Of a DNA stretch of 64,000 bases, positions 51,300 to 64,000 are shown one piece after another. The stretch is from the NCBI GenBank assembly GCA_964016885.1, contig OZ024741.1, forward strand, positions 236,468,001 to 236,532,000, written 5' to 3'. The DNA comes from Eledone cirrhosa. Its lineage: Eukaryota. Below the pieces are notes generated by a model. The model did no database searches, was not told the DNA's origin, and was given only the letters and a program-made list of their open reading frames with translations. How positions within the stretch are numbered: the first letter of the stretch is position 1; each line of letters opens with the position of its first letter. The position numbers and the translations under genes were made by a program.

Positions 51300-53639
51300 A
51301 TGGAGAGAGGCAGTGGAATGTCAATATATGGTGACATGTATAGCAAGCAGTTTGCTCAGAGAAGCAGTAGCTCACAGAGCCAGCGTATTAGTCACAGTAG
51401 CAGCCTCCCTGGAGGTAAGCAGATCCCTATGAGCCACCATTCTCTGGATGCCCAGAGAATACAACACATCAGCCAAAATGTTTTCCCTACTGACGTGTAT
51501 GGAAACCCATTCACACAAAACTGCTACTTTCCTTTAACGCCTGAGAGGATGCAGCTTATGACGGCACCTGGAAGTTGTTTTGGTGGCTCCAGTGGCAATG
51601 AGGGCTCTGGTAGTTGTAACCAAGGCAGTAATCTGAGTGCTGACAGTGGCTACCATCAGAAGGACACTGCACCTGTATCTATGGCTGTTGCACCATTGCA
51701 GAAAAGTAATAATAATACAATGGTGTCCACAATGACATCAGGAAATGACTGCAGTTGCAGTAATTGCAGTTGCTGCAGCAGTGACGTGGTCAACAACAAC
51801 AACAACAACAGCAGTGGCATTGCCAATGACAACAGTGGCGGGGACAATGTGAAATCTTCATACTCCTCCCAGGTTACTGTGTCCTCTAGCTCTACATCCA
51901 ACAGTTGCGGAGATGCAAGTCAGAAAAAATATATCCAGACATCAAAATCTCCAGCCACTGCTGCCCAACCTCCCTATGCCTCACCAAACCAGTCATTTCA
52001 GCGACAAGAGCGAGCAAGGGAGAAGCAGTTATTTTGTGATTTTTGTGGGAAGCATTTCACACAAGAATACTTGATGCACAACCATCGACGCACCCACACA
52101 GGGGAGCGTCCTTTCGGGTGTGACATCTGTGGTAAACAATTTGGACGAAGGGATACATTACAGAGGCACAAGCGTAACCATGAGCGACCACAGCAGAACA
52201 ATGTAGTGGCCTCACCTGATATTAATGATGGCAGAGGTGGGAATATGGATGGGTGTATGAGAGAGCAATACCAACCCAAACAAAACCAACCCACCTCTAT
52301 GGCTGCAAATGTTGTAAGAAGGAACACCACCACCAGTAATGTCCAGTCATATACCAACCAACAAGTGTCAGAACCAGGGACTGTGGTTATCATGCCGTTT
52401 TCACATGGAAACAACAGCAGTGGGGATGACAAAATGCGGTCGAGGATCAAAGGAGAGGCAATGCCAGCACACTCTGGAATGGTGTCACATATATCTGACC
52501 CACATGGGGACAGGTCTTCAAAGATGTACCAGTGTGACATCTGTTTCAAACCATTCGCTCAACGACACTACTTACGCATTCACAAAAGGTCCCACACTGG
52601 AGAAAAACCCTACCAGTGTGACTTTTGCATTCAGAAATTTGCTCGTCGCGACACCCTTTTAATCCACCGTCGCACCCAGCACACTGGTGAGAGACCGCAT
52701 CACTGCGAGCTGTGTGGGGAGGCATTTTATCATCGTTCACAACTGAAGATGCATCGTAGAGCAAAACACGTTCTCAAAGCAAGCAACAGCAACAGCAGCA
52801 GCAGCAGCAACAATAACAATGCATCACCATATAACACGAACAAGGAACACAGCAATACGAATGTAAGCAATGAAAACACGGGTGTGTTCATGTACAAAAA
52901 GCGTTACCAGTGTGATTACTGTTTCAAGCAGTTTGCACAGCGTTATTACCTGCAAATCCATCGACGCATACACACTGGTGAGAAGTTGCTGCACTGCGAT
53001 GTTTGTTTCAAGAAGTTCACACAGAAACACTATCTGCAGATACACAAGAGGACACACACTGGAGAGAAGCCATTCCAGTGTGATTTTTGCATTCAGAAAT
53101 TTGCTCGTAAAACCACCCTTCAAATCCACCGTAGGACCCACACAGGAGAAAGGCCCTACCAGTGTGATGTATGCCTCAAACAGTTTGCACAACGGGACAA
53201 ACTGACTATTCACCGACGCACGCACAACCCAAAGCGGCGCTACCAATGTGACATCTGCTACAAACAGTTTGCACAGCGACATTACTTACAGTTGCATCAG
53301 CGATCACACACTGGAGAGAAACCGTTTCAGTGTGACATCTGCTTCAAGCAGTTCTCCCGTAAAAATTCACTGCAGATGCACACTCGGTCGCACACTGGCG
53401 AGAAACCATTCCATTGTGACATTTGCTTCAAACAGTTTGCTCAGCGCCAGTACCTTCAACTCCACAAACGTACACACACTGGCGAGAAGGCCTACCAGTG
53501 CGACATCTGTGCCAAACATTTTGCTCGGCGTGACACGTTACAGCGTCACAAACGCATCCATCTGAAGAATTCCATGAATCCGTCCAAAAGCAACGTAGAG
53601 GAACTTTCACCCATGAATAACTACCTTTGGCAGCTGTAG
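51300..53639 (+). CDS. C2H2 zinc-finger transcription factor ZNF-B (13 fingers in clusters of 2+3+8)
   Basis: 779 aa uninterrupted ORF from ATG 51300; CDxC-x12-HxxxH fingers with TGEKP/TGERP linkers; S/N-rich spacers; splice acceptor at 51152. Confidence 0.95.
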   Translation: MERGSGMSIYGDMYSKQFAQRSSSSQSQRISHSSSLPGGKQIPMSHHSLDAQRIQHISQNVFPTDVYGNPFTQNCYFPLTPERMQLMTAPGSCFGGSSGNEGSGSCNQGSNLSADSGYHQKDTAPVSMAVAPLQKSNNNTMVSTMTSGNDCSCSNCSCCSSDVVNNNNNNSSGIANDNSGGDNVKSSYSSQVTVSSSSTSNSCGDASQKKYIQTSKSPATAAQPPYASPNQSFQRQERAREKQLFCDFCGKHFTQEYLMHNHRRTHTGERPFGCDICGKQFGRRDTLQRHKRNHERPQQNNVVASPDINDGRGGNMDGCMREQYQPKQNQPTSMAANVVRRNTTTSNVQSYTNQQVSEPGTVVIMPFSHGNNSSGDDKMRSRIKGEAMPAHSGMVSHISDPHGDRSSKMYQCDICFKPFAQRHYLRIHKRSHTGEKPYQCDFCIQKFARRDTLLIHRRTQHTGERPHHCELCGEAFYHRSQLKMHRRAKHVLKASNSNSSSSSNNNNASPYNTNKEHSNTNVSNENTGVFMYKKRYQCDYCFKQFAQRYYLQIHRRIHTGEKLLHCDVCFKKFTQKHYLQIHKRTHTGEKPFQCDFCIQKFARKTTLQIHRRTHTGERPYQCDVCLKQFAQRDKLTIHRRTHNPKRRYQCDICYKQFAQRHYLQLHQRSHTGEKPFQCDICFKQFSRKNSLQMHTRSHTGEKPFHCDICFKQFAQRQYLQLHKRTHTGEKAYQCDICAKHFARRDTLQRHKRIHLKNSMNPSKSNVEELSPMNNYLWQL

Positions 53640-53715
53640 TGTTTGTGTGGAGAGAGAGAGAGAGAGTTAACTAGAGCATCACTATTGTTATGGTCTTGGA
53701 TTTCACCTGGAAAAC

Positions 53716-53759
<44 letters not shown>

Positions 53760-53765
53760 TTTTGA

Positions 53766-54038
53766 AAAATAGAATTATAAGCTTTCACTATATTTTGACT
53801 ATAGAAAATAGTCTAATAACAAGGTGTATAAGACCCCCCCCCACCCCATAACCAAAAATGGGCATCACCATGCATGGTAATCGAACTCACATCTCTTATT
53901 GTTCAGATAAGTGTGCTAGCTGATTACAACAACCTGCATTACCACTTATCCATTTTTTTCCATTATGGGGGCTTATACAACCTGTTGTTAGACTATTTTC
54001 TGTTGTCAAAATACAGGGAAAGCCTATAATTCTATTTT
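53766..54038. mobile_element. MITE-like element with ~70 bp inverted arms and a tRNA-like core
   Basis: Arms 53766-53838 and 53967-54038; B-box-like GAGTTCGATTACC on minus at 53876-53888. Confidence 0.7.
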
Positions 54039-55189
54039 AAAATTTTCAATCGCTGCCATATTCGAAAACATGTGCTGATATATTTATATATGTGGCCTTT
54101 GTGGTTGTGTATAGTTATATGAGTCTGTGTATAAACATATATGTATGTGTGTATCCAAAGCACACACCACACATGTATTTGTATATATCTATGTACTTTT
54201 GCATAAACACCTCATATTTTGTATATACATCACTCACACATATATATGAATCCATACAAACAAATGTCAGTGTATGTGACTATATGTGTGACACAGACAC
54301 ACGTGCATACATATAGAAAGAAAGGTACACATTCACATTCCGATGCGTCTGTGTGGTTTTAACTCCTCCCAAAGCAATGTTTATCATTAAGAAGCCAGCT
54401 GAAAACATCTTTCACTTCTACCAAAACTCTGTTTTCTGTTGTTATTTCCCTGTGTTCTGTGGGTTGGCTGGGTCTAAAAATCCTGACATTTACATGAAAA
54501 TATCTGAGCAGCTGGTTGTATTCAGGATTCTCTGATCCTTGGTCCCTAGATGAAATAGTATACAACAAACACTTTCTTTTCTTGGATTAAAAAAAAGAAC
54601 TTTTATTTTATTTTAAGAAGACGTCTATGCAACAACTGTTAAACAGAACTACAAATGCAATATATACAACCAACTTCCTGGATTAGGGTTCAACCCCACT
54701 GTGGCACCTTGATTTCATTGACTGGTCACACATAACAACAATAACGTCCTCTTTCTGAGAACATAAGACAACTATGTCATTTTTTTAATATATTCTTACC
54801 AATTCTCAAATTTTTTTTTACATATAATTTATAGTTTATTATTCTTTGCTTCTACTAATTGGTGGGTGAGTGGAGTGTGGTATTAGTAGGGGAGTGGAGT
54901 GTGGAATTGGGAGAGGAATAGTGTGTGGAATTGGTGAGTGAATGGGCAGTTTATTTCCAGCAAAGTTCCCACATAACATAGAGTTGTCTTTAGTTAGTCT
55001 ACATCTTTACTGTTACACATATATATGGTCAGTTGATTCATTCCTCTACATTCAGTACTGGTTGATAGTGAACATTTGTTATTGATTCTATTACCTTAGT
55101 GGTTGCAGTATTGGATCTATAAGTTCTTTATCATATTAAGTTAGTGTATGTTCATTAATATGTTTATAGTAGTAAAATCGGAGATCTAC

Positions 55190-55480
55190 TAGAAGCTGCT
55201 AAACTAGTTCCTATAATATGCATTATCAAAAGTAAAGTCCTGAAGCTCTTTGGTTATGTAAAATGTTCACAAAAAGGTTTTTCTAAAACATGTATAGAGT
55301 GTATGATTCAGAGTAAAGAGAATAAGGGTAAGCCACCAATGTGTTGACGAGATGTCTTTAAATGGTCTGGTCTAAATTTATATGAACTAAATAAAATCAA
55401 ACAAAATAAGAAACTTTGGAGGGAACTAAGTCGTGTTGATATGCAGTCTGATGCAGGCAGAGACAGTGAATGGCGATGAT
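55190..55480 (+). mobile_element. Old RTE-type LINE C-terminal remnant (third family)
   Basis: IKSKVLKLFGYV..KENKGKPP..VFKWSGLNL..NKKLWR resembles the RTE LxxFGHV..GRPxxxW..RxxWR tail. Confidence 0.55.
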
Positions 55481-55772
55481 ATTCTATATTATGTCTATAG
55501 AAATGTATATTGGATGTTATATCTATAGACGTGTTATCTCTGTATTATGTCTATAGCAGTATATGCTCTATATTATGTCTATAGTAGTGTATGCTCTATA
55601 TTGTTTGGAATGAGACTTAACAGTTGCCTTTCTCATATATCCGTGTTAAATAACTAGAAACAAAGATAGGAAAACCTCTGAGATATCTACTTGATGATTT
55701 CAATTAAATTTGATCTTCTCTGTTAATTTATTTATTTTCACTATTCTCATTGGTATTAATGGACTAAATCCT

Positions 55773-55974
55773 TTAACCCTTTAGCATTTAAACTGGCCAT
55801 ATCCAGCCAGAATTCTCTCACCTCTTTCTGTTCAAACTAGCCTCAACTAGCCCCTCATACCAACGTTAAGGTATTGTTCTCAAAATAAATAATTTCAAAA
55901 TCTTGTAGATTCCATATTATTTACTGCGAAAATACAATAGTAAATATAGAGTAATGTAAATGCTAAAGAGTTAA
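55773..55974. mobile_element. TTAA-bounded MITE
   Basis: TTAACCCTTTAGCATTTA ... TAAATGCTAAAGAGTTAA. Confidence 0.8.
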
Positions 55975-57914
55975 TCCTTCATTGATCATAGTTGTGCAGC
56001 TTCTGACATTTTGTATTATCTGCTAAAGATGGAAAAGTAGTCATTGTGCACCATACTGTTAACCTTTACAAATATATTAGTTAGTTTCTATCTAGTTTTG
56101 GATGAAGGATTTTGAATCTCTGGATTTTTTCAGATTTTTTTTAAACTTCTCTATGTCTTGGTCCTAGCTGTGACTATTCTGTAGAAGTATGAATTTGGCA
56201 CTAAAATTACAAATGGGATTGATGTTTCTAGAACAATAAGCATTATATATACATTTATATGCATGTGTGTGTATAAACACATACATATATGTGTGTGTGT
56301 GTGTACGTACATGTGTATATACGTAGTACACATAAATATATATATTTGTGTGTATGTATATATGAATGTGAGTATATCACTAAATTATGATTAGTAATTT
56401 CTGTGCATCAACAAAGTTTCACTGCATTTAACCACATGATAAACCAAATGATTTTGATCATATAAACTTTCTCCTATTATTCCAGGTATATCCTTGTAGA
56501 TATTGCCAACTTTTAGTTCAAAGATGCATTAGTACAGAACATTACAATTATAAGCATAACAATATATGAATATTTACTGTATTTTACAATTGTCTCTACA
56601 ATCAGCTATTACTCAACAATCTTGTGTAAAATTCAAGTTATATAACTTATGGTATTATGAATTTCCCGAAGAAGCACCCAGTGATTTAATCACAGTTGCA
56701 TAGCTTGTATCCTAAGAGCAAGAATAATGTTGAAAACCTTTAAAGTATAGAATCATTCAGGGGAGTTAAATCTTTTTTTTCTTTTCTTCAAACTATTTGC
56801 TGGTGAGATATGAGAAGTGGAGGTTGTGTGTGGAGTATAATACAAGGAGAGAAGAAATTTGAGAGATTGCAAATGCATTGATAGATGAAGAAAAGACAGG
56901 GGAAGAAGAGATGTGTTAGAAAGAGCAAGAGTGTTTTGGTTGTAAGGGAAGAAGTGTAGTGAAGGGTGAGGGGGTATGAAATAGATCTGGAATTTTAGAG
57001 TGAATGATCAATGTTATATAATATACAATATGTTGGCCAATTTATAAAAAAATCAACAAATTCTTGTACATATATTTTGATCAATTTTTTAAAATCTACC
57101 CATCAATATATATAATCGTTTGTATAAATCTTATTCACTTCCAAACGCTTTATTTTTAACAATGAACAGCTTTTCCTTTTTATCTTTTTTCTTTCTTTCA
57201 CTCTCTTTTTAAAATTTTTACAATTAAGTATATTAAATATTCCCCTTCCATCCCATGTATTATTATTATTATTATTATCTTTGTCATAATCATCCTCATC
57301 ACCATTATTATTATTGTTATCATTATTGTTCTAGCAATATTTTCTGGGCAACAACTCACACCCACCCAACCCAACTGCCTTGTCAAAAAAGGAAAATAAA
57401 TAAATAAAAATAACAATCATAATAATTTCTTTGTTGTTTTTAATTAGTTGTCTTTGATTAATTTTGTTACTCACATTGCTTGAATAAAAAAAAAAACTAA
57501 AAAAAAACTACAGCCATCATTTGTAAATGAAGATAACTTTGTAGAATATACCATGCCTCTGCCACATTTTTTATGTGCCCATGTAGTCATAAGTAGACAG
57601 AGACACCTTTGATCCAGCAGAACATCCAGTATGTTGCACCTAGTGGAAAGAATGGGTGAGCTAGCACTGAGATGGTGCTTTATTTATGATCTAAAGTGGA
57701 TGAAAGGCAGAGTACAGAAAGCTAGAACAAATACATGTTATCAGATGCTCTAACTGCCAAGCAGACACATGTTGGCTTGGATAAACCTTGTGGTATATAA
57801 TATACTGTTGAGGTTGGTGTTTTATTTTTATGGCTAACTTTAACCCATTTGGTACCATATTTCTAATGAAAGACACTGTTTATGAGTTTCAAGTAATCAA
57901 GAATGTAGAGTGAT

Positions 57915-58295
57915 ATCATCATGATGACCGTTTAACATCTATTTTTCCATGCCAGCATGGGTTTGACAAGCTGTTCTGTTGTGAGCAATGTCAGATCAGG
58001 TGACCATGTCTTGCTCATACAGAACTGATTTGGGCTTGGTTTCTACAGCTGAATGCCTTTCCTAACACCAACCACATTTACAGTGAGTACTGGGTGCTTT
58101 TTGTTGTGATACCACCACAGCCACTTTACAGTGGGCTGGGCACTTTTTGTTGTGTCGCCATCACAACCACTTTACATTGTGGGCTTCACTAGATGTCTGT
58201 TTCACCATGTCCTCATGAGGTAGGGGTAGTATATACTATATATATTCTTCAGCTTCAGCATGTGCCATTGGGAAGGTGGGTCTTCTGTATTATTG
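57915..58295 (-). mobile_element. RTE 3' tail inserted in a TTAACCC-type MITE
   Basis: RTE tail signature; the flanks 57840-57910 and 58300-58470 match the MITE family at 48835-49090. Confidence 0.65.
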
Positions 58296-60519
58296 TAGAG
58301 TGATATAGTAACATAACTAAATTTCCCATTGTTAAGTTAGTATTTGGAACTTAACTTAAAGTTCTTGCATAAAATTATAATGGAAAATTAAAAAATAAAT
58401 ACAAACACTTAAAATAAGCAGCTTTGTATCCTAGAACCAGTGCAGTTTGGAATAAAACAAAGTTGAAGCATACTTAATGAAACAGCATTGACATCTGCTT
58501 TTTTCAAAATCTGTGTATTGTCAATCATTTGGTCACTTGTAATTGAGGTGAACATGTTACTGTTCACACCTCATAGGTGTAGTTTAGTTTAGTGTCTATT
58601 TTACCTGTGAACATCTTGTCACAAACTAGTCAGTTCCCAGAGCCACTGACCTCCTGGTGGGTTGGAAGCCTGACATACCATCCTGTGCTCTATCGAGTGC
58701 AGTTTATTATAGCACTAACACTAAGGAGATTGTCATGTTTTCGGCACAACTGAATTGTCCTCCTGGCCCTTTTGAAAGTTTTTATAGCTGGATGCTCTTC
58801 CTATCACCAACAACTTTAAAGAGTGTACTGGGTGCATTTATCATGTAGATCAACAATACTAGAGAGGTTTCCTTGTCTTTGACACAACGAAAGAGTCCTC
58901 CCAGGAGGTGGATATAGTGATGGTGAGAATACCTAAACAGTGATACTGGTGGAGATAGATATATATTCATACACACATATAAGCAAATGTAATGGATTTC
59001 TGTGTTCCAAATTCCATTCACAAAGCTATGGTAGGAGATACCTGAAGTGGTGTGCATTTGAATTGAACCCGGAATCACAGTGAATATGATGCTGTAGCAA
59101 TTAAGAGAATGTAGTTATAATTAAATATTTGTCAAGAAGGTCAGACCAACAGAACAGCACGTGTTGACAGATCAGCTAATTTTACAGTAGCTGTTTGTTT
59201 GACAAAATTATTTATGAAGCTTTCTATGAAAAAAGAAAAAACACTTTTATATTCTGTCTATAGTCTACACTGTTTATATGTCACTGACTTCCATTTAATA
59301 TCATAAATCATTCAGATCTGTATAAAATATTACCTTTAATTGTATATTTGTTGAATCTACTAATGGCCATTGACACCACACAGTTCATCTTAGGAAGCTT
59401 GTGATATCTGATATAACTGAAAATTAAATATATTGATGACTTGTGTATCAGTGTCATCAATACCCATGGCACATGTTTATCTTAAATGTATTTTAAATGA
59501 TCACAAAATAAAATTAGAACAAAGAAAACTAGGTTTCATCATCGTTTAACGTCTATCTTCCACGCTAGCATGGGTTTGGACGGGTTTAGTTTCTAATACA
59601 TATATTTTACATGTAATAGACTTTGTATTGAACAATCGTAGGAAAAAAAAAATTCTGTTCAATATTTTCTGTGATAGTTTCTAGTTGAATTCATTTCAGA
59701 TTTTCTCTACTTAAAGAATTAAAATATATGGTGTATTTCAAAGAAATAGAATCAGTTTTAGGCAGGATGGTACAAAAATTGTATCAATTTACTCAAAACC
59801 TGCTCTATTTCCACACAAAACTGCCAAAAACCACTTCTATTAATGTTTTAGAATTTAAATTTAAATCTTGGGCTGAAATCTCATTATTACATGCCATATA
59901 ATATTAGCTTTTAGTAATTCAATATTTTTTTGTTTATTAAGTTGAAAGTTTGTTATTTCACTGAACTTCTCATAGTTCTTGATTATATTGATAATTAAAA
60001 CACAAAAGCTGTATATTTTTGTTAGAATTATGGTCACAAAAGTGTTAAAAGGTTTCTATTTAAATAAAATTGTTCAACATAATTTGATATAAGAACATTC
60101 TGTTAAGTTATAACACAAACACCATCTTAATAACGAAACAATTGATAATTTTACTAAAACCCTTCCAAATTCTTCATTAATTTGTTGAAATACGGTGTAT
60201 TTAATTAGAAACATAATTGCAAAAGGATTAATTCTGTTTACTCTTCACATTCATATGAATATTTATGTGTTGCCTACTACTTCATATTTTCCCACTTTAA
60301 CTGTGTTTCTTCCCCAGCTTCTGTCATACCTCTTTCTTCCCAACTGCTCCTCTTAAATGTGTTTCACTCTTAGTGTCACTGGAGCATTTCTAAACACCAT
60401 TCTCAATTGTATTTTTATCTCATTTTTTTTTCTTTTGACACATTGGAATATCTTTGTTTATTGATTTCTCAACTTGTTTCTAATTGTTCTTGAAACTAAC
60501 TTTCAACAGAATCTCTTGT

Positions 60520-61180
60520 AAAGCATAAATGAACTGAGTGAAACTGGGCATAAGAGGGATCAGATGTAGTGTGCAAGAGAGGAGATTGTGTTGGTATGGT
60601 TATGTGATGTGTATGAAAGATGACATCTGAATAAAAAGGTGCAGAGTGTTCAAAGTTGATGGAAACTATGGAGTAGGAAGACTTGGGATGAGGGGTTAAA
60701 AGCTGACCTTGCACAATTGCATCTCTCAAAGGCAATGACACAACACCTTAATCTCTGGTGTTATGCAGTAATACAGAAGACCTGCCTCCCCATGAGCACA
60801 TATTGAAACATACATCTACTATGCACCACCTTCTCCATCATACCTCTCATTAACTTCCCACGTGCATGGATTGAAGCATACATCTACTATGCACCACTTT
60901 CTCCTACATCACCCCTTCCATATACCTCCCACATTGTAACACCCCATCTCCACTCATGCCTCTAGATCTACCTCCCCAATCCACATGCACCTCCTCCTCC
61001 AAGCTCCCAGTCCACACTGTAAATGTTGTTGGTGTTAGGAAGGGCATCCAACCATAGAAAACCTGCCAGATAGTCCTATACGAATGAGACACGGTCACCT
61101 GACCAATCTTACCTCAAATGGGACAATTCCCGACTAACCCATGCTAGTGTGGAAGATGGACATTAAACGATGATGATGAT
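60520..61180 (+). mobile_element. 5'-truncated RTE LINE with (GAT)n tail
   Basis: KLGIRGIRCSVQERRLCWYGYVM; 3' UTR matches 21850-22029. Confidence 0.85.
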
Positions 61181-62304
61181 ATTTATCAAGTAGCATATGA
61201 TGTCTGAGCAGAGCTGATATGAGAGACCAGCTACTAACCCCTAACCTACCTCTACAAACACACAGAATGATTTGTCATTGCAACAATGATGTGTTAAATG
61301 TTATGTAACAGGTGTAAAGATTGTTTATTAAGTAATTAAAATTGCTATTGTATTATGATTGCTTGTATGCATGTTCATGTTAACCTCTCAATCTTTCTCA
61401 ATATCAGTTGTGTCTGTGTGTGTGTCTATATATGTATGCATATATCTATGTGTGTATGTATGTCAATATATGTATGTGAAATGTGTCAGGTGTAGTACTA
61501 AGGCAAATTATCTAGCAGATCCTGTTACTTGGTATCTGGAGTTTGGTGAAAGAAGATGGCTAGACATCACCAGAGCTGGTTCTATACATCAGAAGACATA
61601 TCTGTTGGTAGAGGATTCTGTAGATTGATGCCTGTCTTCTTCTTCATCAGCACATTGGTTCCAGTTTTACTACATTCAGTGGCCAGTAATAAAATATATA
61701 AAGGTGAGTACCTGTATCTGTGTATGTGTGAATGTATGCGTGTGTATATGGACTTTTGCACAAAGATGTATAGTACAATAAGTATCACTACTACCACCAT
61801 CATCTACATCAGTATCACTAACTTCGCTACAACTATCAACATCATCACAATCACCATCATCACACACATCATCAACACTATAACCATCAACACCACTATC
61901 ACCTACTCAACACCTTTTTGTTTTCCATAAGTGGTTGTCTACATTGAAAGAGATATTGTATATTTAACACTAGTCAATTCACTTTCAGAATTGTCTTCTG
62001 TCCATGGCAAATGCCTGCAATTTTCCTAAATCAAATATTACATCTGATTAGATCCTCATTTACTTGTGAGATGTATATATGTTTTTTTACAAAGTTCTTC
62101 AAATTTGATAAGGCTCTGTTGCTCTATTTTTGTGAGAAACGAACCCAATTAATTGACTATATTGTCTATATGGTCTGCTCAAAATATGTCTAATGAGAAT
62201 CAATCTTTTTGAATGTAAAATGCTAACAATTAGCCATTCACTATTTTGTTTCCTAACAATATCAACAATTTATTTATAAAGGAAATAAAAATATTGAATT
62301 AAAA

Positions 62305-64000
62305 TGTTATAGGGAAGATACTGGGTTGTATGAATGTAACAAAGAGACATTGTTTGTGTGTATAATATTTAATTAACAATCATGGATATATATAGAACAG
62401 TATAGTTGACATGTCAAAGTAATAGATGATAGAATTTAGCAAAGTTAGTAGTTACCGTTTTGATTGCCAGGCAAACGCGAGACGCCAGAATTTTAGAATA
62501 TAAAAATCGAATGAAATATGTAGCAAGTTGGCGAGAATGTTGTAACAGTCATGAAAATTACGACAAAAGAATGTTTGCAAAAATCAATGATAGATATCAA
62601 AGTAGCCAACCGCTCTTGGCCAGAGAACGACTGGACATCTATCTATCCATCACCCAAAGATACAATGTAATAAAGTAAGAGAAGGGCTCAAAGTTTAAAT
62701 GTACAAAATATAGTTCACAGGTGTGCAATCACATGACAGCAGGAAAGAAAGTGTGTTCCAGAGAATGAATGCAGGTGGTTTCTGTTCTGTGGTATATCGT
62801 GAAATTTCCAACCTCCGAATGGATTTTCTCACAGGAAGAGTGCTGCAAAAATAAATTCTCTGGCTTGTTCTGCTGGTTTTGGTTGTTGGTGAAGCTGTGT
62901 TGCTGTGGATGTTGTCTCGCGGAGTGAGCGTATTCGGTGTTTAAATTCACAGTAAAAAAAAATTTTTCAGAAAAATTGAGTTGCACAAAGTGCTAGAAAT
63001 AACAGCCGAAGTTGATGGTCGATGTTGAGAATGCGTTGACCTGGAAGGGTCAAGAGGCCAGCGACCAAAGAAATAAGCATTCTGAATAAATGCACAGTTT
63101 TCAACGGCAAATTTACGTGGTAAATTTTTAAACCGGCAAATAGGAGAATATAGCTTAAGGCTGAAGAATCCTTGGCGAGAAACGTTATCTCTGGCGTGCT
63201 GCTATCTCTGTGAGTCAAGATATCTCCGTGAGTTGAGAATTTGTGCTGCCTACACGTGCCAATACAAGGTTAAATTAGGTTGAAAAAATAATATTTCTAA
63301 CGCGCGAGAAAATGATAGTACAAGTGTGAAAGTGACAATGATGAAAAAGAAAGGCTTCACTTAGCATAATAGTTGGTGTGAACTTTGGAAAACAAAAAAT
63401 TTGAACGATGAAGAAAACGATGAAAAAAAAGGCAATGGTTCATCGAAAATAAATGTTCCTGTTGAAATGTTTTTTAAAGAATATCAAATTTCTTTTTTTT
63501 TTTTTTTGTTTTGAAAGTGTTCGTTGTAAGAAACGAGAAACATATATATCGTGAAATGCGACAGTTAGTTGATGCGTGAGAAAAAAAGTCTGTCTGTACG
63601 AAAATTTCACATGTGCGTGGTGTGTTCGTTTCTTTTACTGAGTATTTTCATAGTTTGTCAATAAATTTGCTGTGTATTCGTAATGTTACTCACACAACAC
63701 CAGAATCTGCTATTTTTTTCTTTTTTCGGGGTGACCACTTATAGCGATGAACGGCTGCGTGTTCGTATCGCGTCAGGGTTACCAATATAGCGAAGATACT
63801 GGGTTGTATGAATGTAACAAAGAGACATTGTTTGTGTGTATAATATTTAATTAACAATCATGGATATATATAGAACAGTATAGTTGACATGTCAAAGTAA
63901 TAGATGATAGAATTTAGCAAAGTTAGTAGTTACCGTTTTGATTGCCAGGCGCCGGAAGGGCAAATGAGAGGGAGAGAGCCGAAGGCTATTCGTTTTATAG
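62305..64000 (-). mobile_element. Possible LTR retroelement remnant: identical 159 bp direct repeats around a 1.3 kb interior
   Basis: 62314-62472 equals 63792-63950; left copy begins TGTTATAG; minus-strand TGGTCACCCCG at about 63727-63737 is PBS-like; no gag/pol motif recognised. Confidence 0.45.

Noticed and set aside
51656-53610. Antisense and alternative-frame ORFs over ZNF-B
   Set aside because: Shadows of the periodic finger sequence.

Overview
Eukaryotic, AT-rich, repeat-dominated DNA; the repeat families and gene type point to a coleoid cephalopod, most likely Octopus (inference). The only intact host genes are two + strand C2H2 zinc-finger genes whose finger arrays each sit in one exon: ZNF-A (about 14.9-17.0 kb, 11 canonical fingers plus 1 atypical) and ZNF-B (51.3-53.6 kb, 13 fingers). 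The rest is (TA)n/(CA)n microsatellite, decayed RTE LINEs with (GAT)n tails (one near full length), CR1/L2-type LINEs, Penelope-like GIY-YIG fragments, a head-to-head Helitron pair, TTAA MITEs, tRNA-derived SINEs, a 3.4 kb satellite of about 50 bp units with internal inversions, and a possible LTR element at the right edge. Most short ORFs in the track are microsatellite or antisense artefacts. Most notable: a C-terminal NNYLW motif shared by both ZNFs with synonymous codon differences, modular finger duplication, tandem arrays seeded from dispersed repeats, (TA)n-centred fold-backs, and long hairpins just downstream of the ZNF stops. I found no clear new multi-gene system. All family calls come from reading motifs by eye, and boundaries of decayed elements are approximate.
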